A stretch of 34,315 bases of DNA from Holophagales bacterium UBA2201 (GTDB lineage: Bacteria; Acidobacteriota; Thermoanaerobaculia; UBA2201): the NCBI GenBank assembly GCA_002327305.1, contig DCUZ01000019.1, forward strand, positions 47,030 to 81,344. Direction: 5' to 3'. The position numbers and the translations under genes are program-made. How positions within the stretch are numbered: position 1 is the stretch's first letter; each line of letters starts with the position of its first letter. Shown in pieces: positions 17,084-25,927 of this stretch. The notes under the pieces were generated by a model. It searched no databases and was not told the DNA's origin. It was given only the letters and a program-made list of their open reading frames with translations.

Positions 17084-17352
17084 GCTGGCAGAATTACGTC
17101 GGGCACATCGACGACACCTGCGGGCAGGAGAAGGATTTCATCCTCCTCCTCAAGCCGGAGAAAAAAGGGGAGGCGATCGCCCGCATCCGGGCGGTCATGA
17201 CGGTGGATCGCCGGATCGGGGACATCATGCTCCAGGGGACCCTTCTCGGGACGGAAGCCACCTTCTTCTGCAACGGGAAGCTGATCCTGAAGGGGCTGGG
17301 CAGCCGGGAGAACCTGGAACGCTTCCTGGATTCATTGTTCCCGGCTTCTTAG
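17080..17352 (+). CDS. 90-aa hypothetical protein translationally coupled to sufS
   Basis: ATGA overlap. The N-terminus MSWQNYV..C resembles a profilin N-terminus, but the protein is too short for that call. Confidence 0.45.
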   Translation: MSWQNYVGHIDDTCGQEKDFILLLKPEKKGEAIARIRAVMTVDRRIGDIMLQGTLLGTEATFFCNGKLILKGLGSRENLERFLDSLFPAS

Positions 17353-17362
17353 GCCTCGGTTG

Positions 17363-17384
17363 TGGGGCGCGGCATGCAGCGCCC
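17363..17384 (+). terminator. near-palindrome ggggcgcggcatgcagcgcccc (same family as 10654)
   Basis: GCATGC-centred GC-rich inverted repeat after the gene end, followed by AT-rich sequence. Confidence 0.4.
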
Positions 17385-17497
17385 CTACTGGTTATTATAT
17401 CCATCTAACATTTATTTGCGCCCCTTTCCGTCAAACACCTTGAACCCGAGGCCCGTATTGTGATATGGTAAGCCGAATTTTATTTAAGGAGAGACCT

Positions 17498-17848
17498 ATG
17501 AAGAGAGCCACCGTGTTGTTCACTTTCCTGGCGTTCATCCTTGTCCTGGCCGGCTCCCTGGCGGCGGCCGACGCCCCGGCCGACATCAAACTCACGGCCA
17601 AGAACGGCGATGTCACGTTCCCCCACAAGGCCCACGCGGAGGCGCTGAAGATCGCCTGCGCCACCTGCCACCACACCACCAAGGAGGGCGAGGCGGTCCA
17701 GAAGTGCTCCGCCTGCCACGGCGTGGACGCCAAGGCCCCCAAGGCGCAGGACGCCTTCCACAAGCAGTGCCAGGGCTGCCACAAGGACGAGAACGCCAAA
17801 AACGCCAAGAAGGCGCCCGTCAAATGCACGGAGTGTCACAAGAAATAG
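17498..17848 (+). CDS. periplasmic tetraheme cytochrome c3 family protein
   Basis: Signal peptide plus four CxxCH motifs (CATCH, CSACH, CQGCH, CTECH) in 116 aa; RBS aaggagag. Confidence 0.85.
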   Translation: MKRATVLFTFLAFILVLAGSLAAADAPADIKLTAKNGDVTFPHKAHAEALKIACATCHHTTKEGEAVQKCSACHGVDAKAPKAQDAFHKQCQGCHKDENAKNAKKAPVKCTECHKK

Positions 17849-17870
17849 CGGCACCACCATAGGTGAAACC

Positions 17871-17905
17871 AAAAGGGGGGCCCCGTGGGCCCCCCTTTAA
17901 TTTTT
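17871..17905. terminator. bidirectional intrinsic terminator between cytochrome c3 and the protease gene
   Basis: aaaa-ggggggccc-cgt-gggcccccc-tttaattttt: a 9-bp GC stem flanked by A-run and T-run. Confidence 0.75.
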
Positions 17906-17922
17906 CCTGCAGAAGCGCAGGA

Positions 17923-20900
17923 TCACTTCTGCGCCGGGATGAAGAAGGCGTCGTTGCTGGTGGTCCGATTGTCCACGACGGAAGCGTAGGCGTAGACGCT
18001 GCCGCCCGAGAGGACGGAGACCTCGCCCAGCGCCACCGCATGCGGCGCGGCAATGCCGAGGTCGCTGAAGATGTTGACCTGGAAATTGCCGTGGGCGGGG
18101 ACGGGGTAGGTCTTGAACCCCAGGACCGACCGGTTGGCGTCGTACAGCTTCACCTGCACCTGGGCGCCCTGGCCGGAAACCTCGGTGAACCCCACGTTGC
18201 TCCGGTAGTCGGCGGTGTTGGCCAGTTGGAGCAGAAGGCCCGTCTCGCCGGGGGCGATGAGGTCCGCGGCGGCCCCCCGGGCGGGGATGAACTGCCCGAA
18301 GGTCCCCAGCCCTGCCGTCGAGGTGTAGGTGCGGGAGGTGACGATCAACCCCTGGGATGACTGAAGGTGCAGGGCCCCCGAGGTGTTGCCCGTGACGGAG
18401 GGGAAGAGGGTGGTGAGAATGTCATCGCGGGAGACCAGCTCCCCCTGCCCGATCGTGAGATTGGCGGTGGCGGTGGCGCCGGCGGCCACGTAGGTGAGGG
18501 TGACCGCCTGGGAGGCGAACGGGTTGTAGAGGCGCAAATCGGTGCGCCAGTTGGACCCGTACCCCCCCTGCGTCCGGGCGGCGGCGGCCACCACCTGATG
18601 CGCCTGCCCCTGGACGTCGCCGGCGCGCTGGATGGGGATGAAGATGGGATCGGAGGAGATGTTGTCGGCGACGGAGGCGTAGGCGGCGAACACGGCCCCC
18701 GGCGTGGAAGAGGTCACGACCGCGTAGGCGTCGTCCACGGCGGCCGAAGTGAGGGCGTCCATGACATAGTTCTGCTGGTAGTGCTCGAAGGGGTTGAGGG
18801 TGCGCGACCAGTCCCCGATGTGCGACCCGTCCGCCCGGTGGAAGGAGAATTTGACCTCGACGAAACCGCTCCCCGCATTCACCACCCCCACGTTGGTCCG
18901 GAACCCGGCGTTTTTGGCCAGGTGCAGGAGGATCCCCTCCTCCCCGCTTTTGAGCAGGCGGGAGGAGAGGGTGGCGGGGATGAACTGCCCGTAGGTGCCC
19001 AGGACCCCGCGGTCGTTGTAGGTGCGGGAGGTGATCGCCAGGGGTTGGGTGGAGGTCAGCCACAGGGCCCCCGCCAGGTTGTTGAGGCGGAACATGCTCC
19101 CCACGATGTCCCCCAGCCGGACGAACCGGAACCCCGGCAGGATCACCTCGGACCCGGCGGCGGCGGCGTTGTCCTGCCCGCTGGGGAGGAAGTAGGCGTA
19201 GACCGAGATCTCTGCGCTTCGGGGGTTGTGGACCACCACGTCGGAGAGCCAGTTGGTGTTGTTGGCCCCCTGGGCCTTGGCCGCCGCCGGAAGAAGATAG
19301 GTGTAGGGCTGGGCGGTGGTCAGCGGCGGGACGATGCCGCGTCCGTAGACGATGACCTGCTTGGTGGCGGATGAGGTTCCGAAGGCATTGGAAACCGTCA
19401 GCGTGACGGGGAAGGTGCCGGAGAAAAGATAGGTGTGGACGGGGTTCTGCTCCATCGAGGTGGTCCCGTCACCGAAGTCCCAGGACCAGGCGGTGGGGAC
19501 GAGGGAGGAGGCGTCCACGAACTGAAGGCCGGTGCCGATCTCGGGGCGGCCGGCGAACCAGGCAAAATCGGCCACCGGCGGGGCGTTGAAACCGTAGATC
19601 CAGGCCACCCCCGCGGCGTCATCGGGGTGGGGCGTCCGCTTGTTGCTCGAGGGGCCCGATCCGGCGTAGCCGTACATCACCTTGTCCCGATCGTCGCCAT
19701 CCCCGTAGAGGTCGCGCAGGGTGAGCCAGTGGCCGGTCTCGTGGAGGACGATGGAATGGACGTCAAAGGCCCCGCTGGGCGTGGTTTCGGCGATGCTGTA
19801 GTTGAACTTGGTGTTGAGGACGAGGTCGGCCTCCACCATGTATCCCTGGGCATTGGACCAATAGGTGGCGTAGCCGAGGGTGTTTTCGTAGCCGGGCCCG
19901 AGGTCGGAGGCCATGATCTCGCTCTTTCCATTGTTGCGCAGGTCCCGATTCTCCGTGGTCCCGGCCTGGGTGAACACGATGTTGCCGTGCTGGCCCCAGG
20001 TCCCGGTGGAGGCCGCCACGGTGGCGGTCCAATCGGGGATATTACTTCCGAGGTAATAGGAGATCGTGGGGGGGGCGCCGTTCCATTTCATGCCGCCGTA
20101 GCCGAAGGAGACCTTGTAATCGTACCCCGGCGACTTGGCCCCGGCGCTGTTGGTCACCCAGACGGGACCGGTGGCGGCGGAGCCGGGATACCCGGCCACG
20201 CGCCCGATGGGCACCTGCACCCGGATGACATTGTCGTTCCATTCGGAGATGGTCGAGCCGGTGATGGTGGACTGCCCCTCGAAGGTGAACTGGACGCGGC
20301 TGCTGGTCCCCTTGGTGCCGAACCCCACGCCGCGGATGTAGGCCTCGGTGCCGGTGCCGGCGGAGGCCTTCTCCGGGTGCATCTCCACGATCATGGGGCC
20401 GGTGCCCGGCTGGTCCTCCGCGGGGGGCTCCATCTTCTTGGCGATGAGGGCCCACTCCTTGTTGGACGGATCCATGAAGTCGTCGGGAGCGGCCTGCCCC
20501 TCCCGGTAGGATTCGATGCGGAAATCGTATTCCTGGCGCGCGGAACCGTAGAGATTGAGGATCCGCGCGTCGGTGGAATCGTAGTTGGTGATGACATAGA
20601 GCGGGGTGGTATAAAGGTGGGACCAGGCGGTGGTCCCCGCCAGGCGCCAATAGACCTTGTCGAAGACGGTGATGGAGCCGCTCCCCCCCTTGACGTCGGC
20701 GTCCCACAGGAGGCGGCCGAACTGGATGTACCCGTCGCCGTCATAGTCCACCTCGTAGTCCCAGTTCGCCAAAACCAGATTGGAGGTCAGCGCCCGTCCC
20801 GGCGGGGCGGCGGCGTCCGCCGGCTTCTCGATCCGGGAAGCGTCCAACGGGGAGATGGCGCCCCCCGATTCGACGACGGGGCCGAGCCCCAGAAGGGTCC

Positions 20901-21399
20901 CGTACAGGTCGGCGCCGGGATCCCGCCGGAAGGCCTCCACCGCGTCCATGAACCGTTCGACCGGCACCTCCACCCCCTCGACCCGCACGGAGCCGGCCTC
21001 AATGGGGAACTTCCCCTGGAAACCGCCCATGACGACGCGCCGGGGCCCCTTGAGGAAGAGGACCGCCTCTTCGCCAACCTCGAAAGTGGCCAGGTCGGTG
21101 ACGACCTGCCTCCATTCGCCCACCTCTCCGCCCAGAAGGGTCAGGAGAAGGGTCTCGCCGGGGGCATGGCCCTTGAGGAGGCGGCCGGGGACAAGGGTGA
21201 CGGTGGTGTAGATGTTGCGCCCGTCCCCCTCCTCCACCCACCGGCTCTCCATCGCCTGGACGCGGACGGAGAGGATCAGGTCGGCCTGGCCGACCATCTC
21301 CTCCAGCGGCATCCGCACCACGAGGGCAGGGGCCGCAAGGGAGAGGCCGAGCAGGAGGATGGTAAGGGCGAACCACGGGGAAATCCGATGATAGTGCAT
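17923..21399 (-). CDS. secreted multidomain zinc metalloprotease (HExxH) with IPT/TIG-like and PKD domains and two C-terminal copies of an uncharacterised ~200-aa domain
   Basis: Start ATG 21399 with RBS GGAGG; signal peptide MHYHRISPWFALTILLLGLSLAAPA. HETGHWLTLRD zinc site, WDFGDGTTS...NPVHTY PKD motif. Tandem repeats with SRTY..G.LGT(Y/F)GQFIPA and YASV.DN..S.D.FIP motifs. Confidence 0.85.
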   Translation of the reverse strand: MHYHRISPWFALTILLLGLSLAAPALVVRMPLEEMVGQADLILSVRVQAMESRWVEEGDGRNIYTTVTLVPGRLLKGHAPGETLLLTLLGGEVGEWRQVVTDLATFEVGEEAVLFLKGPRRVVMGGFQGKFPIEAGSVRVEGVEVPVERFMDAVEAFRRDPGADLYGTLLGLGPVVESGGAISPLDASRIEKPADAAAPPGRALTSNLVLANWDYEVDYDGDGYIQFGRLLWDADVKGGSGSITVFDKVYWRLAGTTAWSHLYTTPLYVITNYDSTDARILNLYGSARQEYDFRIESYREGQAAPDDFMDPSNKEWALIAKKMEPPAEDQPGTGPMIVEMHPEKASAGTGTEAYIRGVGFGTKGTSSRVQFTFEGQSTITGSTISEWNDNVIRVQVPIGRVAGYPGSAATGPVWVTNSAGAKSPGYDYKVSFGYGGMKWNGAPPTISYYLGSNIPDWTATVAASTGTWGQHGNIVFTQAGTTENRDLRNNGKSEIMASDLGPGYENTLGYATYWSNAQGYMVEADLVLNTKFNYSIAETTPSGAFDVHSIVLHETGHWLTLRDLYGDGDDRDKVMYGYAGSGPSSNKRTPHPDDAAGVAWIYGFNAPPVADFAWFAGRPEIGTGLQFVDASSLVPTAWSWDFGDGTTSMEQNPVHTYLFSGTFPVTLTVSNAFGTSSATKQVIVYGRGIVPPLTTAQPYTYLLPAAAKAQGANNTNWLSDVVVHNPRSAEISVYAYFLPSGQDNAAAAGSEVILPGFRFVRLGDIVGSMFRLNNLAGALWLTSTQPLAITSRTYNDRGVLGTYGQFIPATLSSRLLKSGEEGILLHLAKNAGFRTNVGVVNAGSGFVEVKFSFHRADGSHIGDWSRTLNPFEHYQQNYVMDALTSAAVDDAYAVVTSSTPGAVFAAYASVADNISSDPIFIPIQRAGDVQGQAHQVVAAAARTQGGYGSNWRTDLRLYNPFASQAVTLTYVAAGATATANLTIGQGELVSRDDILTTLFPSVTGNTSGALHLQSSQGLIVTSRTYTSTAGLGTFGQFIPARGAAADLIAPGETGLLLQLANTADYRSNVGFTEVSGQGAQVQVKLYDANRSVLGFKTYPVPAHGNFQVNIFSDLGIAAPHAVALGEVSVLSGGSVYAYASVVDNRTTSNDAFFIPAQK

Positions 21400-21503
21400 T
21401 TTTGCCTCCAAATAGGGTTTACGGATATGGACCATGCCGCATCGCCGGCCTGGGCCTGCATGATAACGCTTTGCGGGTAGAATGATATTTCCTTCCGCCC
21501 TTC

Positions 21504-21534
21504 TTGTCAAATGGCCCCCGCTTTCCGTTACAAT
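21504..21534 (+). promoter_or_regulatory. candidate promoter TTGTCA-N19-TACAAT giving a leaderless or near-leaderless GT4 transcript
   Basis: The -10 ends about 10 nt before GTG 21544. Confidence 0.3.
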
Positions 21535-21543
21535 GGAGGGGCC

Positions 21544-22644
21544 GTGAAGCCCCTCTCCGTCCTTTTCGTCCTCGAATACTATCCCCCGCACATCGGCGGC
21601 GTGGAGACGATGTTCGCCGCCCTGGCGGGGGAACTGGCCCGTCGGGGGCACCGGGTCCGGGTCTTCACGGGGAGCGTCCCGGGGGCGCCGGACCGGGAGA
21701 CGGCCGGAGGGGTGGAGATCGTCCGCGTCCCCCTGGGCCCCTGGCGCCGCTTCCGGTTCACCTTTGGAATGACGCGGCGGCTGTCCCCCCTGGCCCGGGA
21801 GGCCGACCTGGTCCACGCCTCCACCTACTCGGGGACCTGGTCGGCCGTGCATGCGGCGCGGGCGGCGGGACGGCCGGCGGTCGTTTCGGTCCACGAGGTG
21901 TGGCTGGACCTCTGGAAGCGGGTCCCCTTCGTTCCGGCCCTCCAACGCTGGACCGCCCCGTGGCAGGAGCGGTTCCTCCTCCGCCTCCCCTACGACGCCT
22001 ATTCCGCCGTTTCGCGGGCGACGATGGAGCGCCTCCACCCCTTCTCCGGGGGCCGGCCGGTGTTCCATGTCCCCGCGCCGGTGGCCGTCCCGGAGGGGGT
22101 CCGCTGGTCGTCCCCCCCCCCTCCCTTCACCTTCCTGTATTTCGGCCGCCCGGGCCACTGGAGGGGGCTCGATCTGTTGCTGAAGGCCTTCGCCACACGG
22201 CGAGCGGGGGGGTCGGAAGCGCGGCTTGAGCTCATCCTCAGCCCTGAACCCCGGCGCGAGCGGGCCGCCCTGTTGTGCCTGGCGGAGGCGCTGGGGCTCG
22301 GGCCCGCCCTGGCGGTGCGGGAACCCCTTCCCCGCGAGGCCCTGTTCGACCGGCTGGCCTCGGCGCACGCGGCCGTCTTCCCTTCGTTGAGCGAGGGGTT
22401 CGGCCTGGCGGCGGCGGAGGCCTGCGCCCTCGGCGTCCCCGTCGTGGCCTCCGACGCCGGCTCCCTGCCGGAGGTGGTTTCGGGGCGGTGCCTCTTCTTC
22501 CCCGCGGGAGACGCGACGGGCCTGGTCCGCGCCCTGGAACGGGCCGAGCGGGGGGAGTGGGAGGAGCGGCCGCCGGTCCGCTTTCCCTTAAACGCCTCCG
22601 TCGAGGCCCTTCTGGCGATGTATCAAAGTATAATGAAGCCATGA
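21544..22644 (+). CDS. GT4 family glycosyltransferase (GT-B fold)
   Basis: N-terminal EYYPPHIGGVE and C-terminal PSLSEGFGLAAAEACALGVPVV (EX7E). An in-frame alternative ATG at 21511 lies inside the predicted promoter. Confidence 0.8.
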   Translation: MKPLSVLFVLEYYPPHIGGVETMFAALAGELARRGHRVRVFTGSVPGAPDRETAGGVEIVRVPLGPWRRFRFTFGMTRRLSPLAREADLVHASTYSGTWSAVHAARAAGRPAVVSVHEVWLDLWKRVPFVPALQRWTAPWQERFLLRLPYDAYSAVSRATMERLHPFSGGRPVFHVPAPVAVPEGVRWSSPPPPFTFLYFGRPGHWRGLDLLLKAFATRRAGGSEARLELILSPEPRRERAALLCLAEALGLGPALAVREPLPREALFDRLASAHAAVFPSLSEGFGLAAAEACALGVPVVASDAGSLPEVVSGRCLFFPAGDATGLVRALERAERGEWEERPPVRFPLNASVEALLAMYQSIMKP

Positions 22645-23429
22645 GACCCCCGACCGCCCTGCTCCTCCTCCTGCTGGCCGCCTCCCTGTCCGCCCAGGAC
22701 CCCGTGGACAACTGCGAGCGCCTCCGGACCGCCCGGGCCCTCGCCCCCCTCGCCGAAGAGGAGGAGGCCGCGGCGGGCCTCGTCGCCCGGCTGGTGGCGG
22801 ACGCCCTGCACGAGGCGCGCGGGCCCCTTCCCGACGGCACCTACCGGTGGGCCCGCCTGTCGGATAAGGCGGCCGTCACGGTCTCCAAAGGGGTGGAGGT
22901 GGACCGTAAGCAGCTGGAGTGGAAGATGAACGGGACGAACTGGTTCGCCCTCCGCCTCAAGTGCCCCAAGAAGAAGAACCTCTTCTGGGGCAACGCCCCG
23001 GTCATGCTGCGCTCGGTCACCCTCGACGACGGGCAAGGGGCGAGGGTCCTTCTGGCGGACCGCCACCTCGCGCGCGACGAGGAGTTGAAGATCCCCTTCG
23101 GGGCCATCGTGCCCCGCGCCTCCGTCGCCATCGTCTTCGAGCGATACCCCGATTCCGAGCGCGACCCGTACATCGCGGTCGAGGCGCTCCAGGCGGGGTT
23201 GTGGGACGATCCCTCCAATCCCCAGGCGGAGATGCTCAGGCGCCTGGTGGAACTCTCCGGCGCCCGGCCGGGCGGAGGGGATTACGCCGCCCGCCTCGAC
23301 CGCGCCATGGAGGGGTGCGTCCCGCCCGTGCGGCGCGAACTGGAGTACATTCTCTACCTCCTCAAGGGCAACCCGCGCGAGCAGGAGGAGGGACGGAAAC
23401 GGCTGGAGGAGCTCCTGAAGAAGATGTAG
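22641..23429 (+). CDS. secreted hypothetical protein translationally coupled to the glycosyltransferase
   Basis: ATGA overlap. Signal peptide MRPPTALLLLLLAASLSAQD; no recognisable domain. Confidence 0.6.
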   Translation: MRPPTALLLLLLAASLSAQDPVDNCERLRTARALAPLAEEEEAAAGLVARLVADALHEARGPLPDGTYRWARLSDKAAVTVSKGVEVDRKQLEWKMNGTNWFALRLKCPKKKNLFWGNAPVMLRSVTLDDGQGARVLLADRHLARDEELKIPFGAIVPRASVAIVFERYPDSERDPYIAVEALQAGLWDDPSNPQAEMLRRLVELSGARPGGGDYAARLDRAMEGCVPPVRRELEYILYLLKGNPREQEEGRKRLEELLKKM

Positions 23430-23440
23430 GTGCGGAGCGG

Positions 23441-23613
23441 GGTGGCTGATGGTTGAACGAAAATACCGCACCCCCGTCCCCGCTCCGAAATCATAAATCC
23501 GAAATCCGATATTCCATATCGAACGAAAATACCGCACCTTAAAAGGTGCGGCTACATCCCCCTACTTCAACGCTCCAACGGCGCGAGAACCGCGCACCCT
23601 GAAGGGTGCGGCC
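23441..23613. repeat. cluster of related GC-rich hairpins (REP-like) plus terminator
   Basis: gtgcggagcgggg ... ccccgctccg; two copies of gaacgaaaataccgcacc; hairpins ccgcacc-ttaaaa-ggtgcgg and ccgcgcaccc-tgaa-gggtgcggcc. Confidence 0.6.
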
Positions 23614-23731
23614 GCATTCCACCCTCCCAACGCTCCCCTGCGCCGCCCCGTATCGCAGGGTGTGACGACACACAACCCGGGATTGATGATGGATGTCACA
23701 AATCTTGAATGAACGAATTTTGGAGGAATGT

Positions 23732-24799
23732 ATGCGCACTATCATGATCCTTACCGTCGCCCTCTTCAGTACCATCGCGTTCGGCTACGAGCAGATCGTC
23801 CCCGTCGTGGCCAAGACCGGGGGCGCCTACGGCAGCCTATGGCAGTCCGACCTCACCCTCCTCAACGCCGGCAAGAAGGCGGTCGAGGTGACGCTCACCT
23901 TCCAGCCCTCCGGTCAAGCCGGGGGGGCGCAGGTCAAGACTGCGACGCTCCCCCCCGGTGCCGTCTTCGCCGAGTCCGATATCCTCGGCTGGTTCGGCGC
24001 GCAGGGGGCCGGCTTTCTCGCCCTCTCCTATCCCGACGAAGCCCGCACCGCCCTCGGCGTTTCAAGCCGCACCTACACCACCACCGAAGCCGGCACCTTC
24101 GGCCAGGCGGTCCCCGCCGTTCCCGCCGAGGCGGTGACCGCCGCCGGGGCCGAGCTCTTCCTGGTCCTTCCCGGCGGCTCCGCCGACGAGCGGTTCAATT
24201 TCGGCGTCACCACCCTCGGCGACGCGGCGATCGCCTGGCAGCTCCTGGCCCCCGACGGCGCCGTCATCGCGCAGGTGGACAAGACCTACGCCGGGCGCGT
24301 CCAGGAGCAGTACAACGGCGCCGAGGCCTTTTTCAGCGGCGGCGGCGGCCGTCTCGTCAAGGCCGTGCTGACCGAGGGCACGGCCATCGTCTACGGCTCC
24401 CGCGTGGACAACGGCACCAACGACGGGGTCTTCCTCCTCGCGCCGAAACTCCAGTCCAACCAGCCCCCCCTCTTCCTGGGCGTGGACACCACCTCCGACG
24501 GCACCCTCGACTACCGCGACGCCGACGGCGACGGCGTCCTCGACAACGCCATCCCCTTCTCCACCGGTTATCTGTTCAACTATCTGTTCACGATTGCCGC
24601 GCGCGATCCCGAGGGGGACCCCCTCACCTTCCGCCTCGTCAACCCGCCCGCCGGGATGATGCTGACCGACGAGCGCGCCGGGACGGTCTACTACGCCCCG
24701 TCCACGCAGGACGCCAACAAGACCCTTCAACTGAACGTGGAGATCACCGACGGCTTCGCCGTCACCCTCGCCAGGATCCCGATCCTCGTCACTCCCTGA
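23732..24799 (+). CDS. secreted protein carrying one copy of the ~200-aa uncharacterised domain plus a C-terminal Ig/cadherin-like region
   Basis: RBS tggagga; signal peptide. VAKTGGAYGSLWQSDLTLLNAG...SSRTYTTTEAGTFGQAVPAV...YGSRVDNGTNDGVFLLAP is colinear with the protease C-terminal repeats. Confidence 0.75.
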   Translation: MRTIMILTVALFSTIAFGYEQIVPVVAKTGGAYGSLWQSDLTLLNAGKKAVEVTLTFQPSGQAGGAQVKTATLPPGAVFAESDILGWFGAQGAGFLALSYPDEARTALGVSSRTYTTTEAGTFGQAVPAVPAEAVTAAGAELFLVLPGGSADERFNFGVTTLGDAAIAWQLLAPDGAVIAQVDKTYAGRVQEQYNGAEAFFSGGGGRLVKAVLTEGTAIVYGSRVDNGTNDGVFLLAPKLQSNQPPLFLGVDTTSDGTLDYRDADGDGVLDNAIPFSTGYLFNYLFTIAARDPEGDPLTFRLVNPPAGMMLTDERAGTVYYAPSTQDANKTLQLNVEITDGFAVTLARIPILVTP

Positions 24800-24856
24800 A
24801 TCCCCCGGGTCTCTCCCAACCTCCTTCGCCCCTCCCGGGGACGCCCCGCCGCCCGC

Positions 24857-25927
24857 TTACGGGCGCGGGGCCTTTTCGCCCATGTAGAGTTCGATTTCCG
24901 AGAGAAAATCTTCGACGATGTTTTCCAGGCCGAGGACCTTGTGGGGCCTGCCCTTCTTGAAGACCAGCGCCCGCCCCGCCCCGAAGGCCAGGCCGATCTC
25001 GGCCAGGCGCGCCTCTCCGGGGCCGTTGACCTCGCACCCCATCACGGCCACGTGGACGTCCCACTTCCTTTTCCGGATGGCCTTTTCCACCGAAGTCACT
25101 ATAGGCAGGATGGGAACGCGGGTGCGGCCGCAGGTGGGGCACGACACCACCACCGCCCCGCCGGGGAGCATCCCCAGCGCCCGGAGGATCTCCCGACCCG
25201 CCCTCACCTCCGCCTCGGGCCTCCCCGTCAGGGAGACGCGGAGGGTGTCGCCGATCCCCTCGAACAGGAGCATCCCGATGCCGATGGCCGACTTCACCGT
25301 CCCCGCATAGGCGGTCCCCGCCTCGGTGACGCCGAGATGCAGGGGGTAGTCGGTCTTCTTCGCCAGGAGGCGGTAGGCCGCCACGGTGGTGGGGATGTCG
25401 GAGGCCTTGACGGAGATCTTGATGTCGCGGAAATTCAGATCCTCGAGGATCGCGGCGTGGCCGAGGGCCGACTCCACCAGCGCGCCGGCCGTGGGCCAGC
25501 CGTGCTTTCTCAGCAGTTCCTTTTCCAGCGACCCCGCGTTGACCCCGATGCGGATGGGGACCCTGCGCGCCCGCGCCGCCTCGACCACCCGTTCCACGCG
25601 GGCGCGGGCGCCGATGTTGCCGGGGTTGATGCGCAGGGCGTGGACCCCGGCGTCCAGCGACGCCAGGGCGAGGCGGTGGTCGAAGTGGATGTCGGCCACG
25701 ACGGGGAGGGGCGAACCCTTCACGATGGCCCCCAGCGCTTCGGCGGCCTCGGCGTCGGGGACGGCGAGGCGGACGATGTCGCACCCCGCGCGGGCGGCGG
25801 AACGGACCTCCCGCAAGGTGGTGGCCGCGTCTCGGGTGTCGCTCTTGGTCATGGTCTGGACGCTCACGGGGGCGCCACCGCCCACAGCCACGGGGCCGAT
25901 GAGGAGCTTCCGGGTCTTGCGCCTCAT
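24857..25927 (-). CDS. ispG: 4-hydroxy-3-methylbut-2-enyl diphosphate synthase (IspG/GcpE)
   Basis: Full-length similarity, C-terminal CPTCGR 4Fe-4S motif. ATGA overlap with the rseP stop. Confidence 0.9.
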   Translation of the reverse strand: MRRKTRKLLIGPVAVGGGAPVSVQTMTKSDTRDAATTLREVRSAARAGCDIVRLAVPDAEAAEALGAIVKGSPLPVVADIHFDHRLALASLDAGVHALRINPGNIGARARVERVVEAARARRVPIRIGVNAGSLEKELLRKHGWPTAGALVESALGHAAILEDLNFRDIKISVKASDIPTTVAAYRLLAKKTDYPLHLGVTEAGTAYAGTVKSAIGIGMLLFEGIGDTLRVSLTGRPEAEVRAGREILRALGMLPGGAVVVSCPTCGRTRVPILPIVTSVEKAIRKRKWDVHVAVMGCEVNGPGEARLAEIGLAFGAGRALVFKKGRPHKVLGLENIVEDFLSEIELYMGEKAPRP

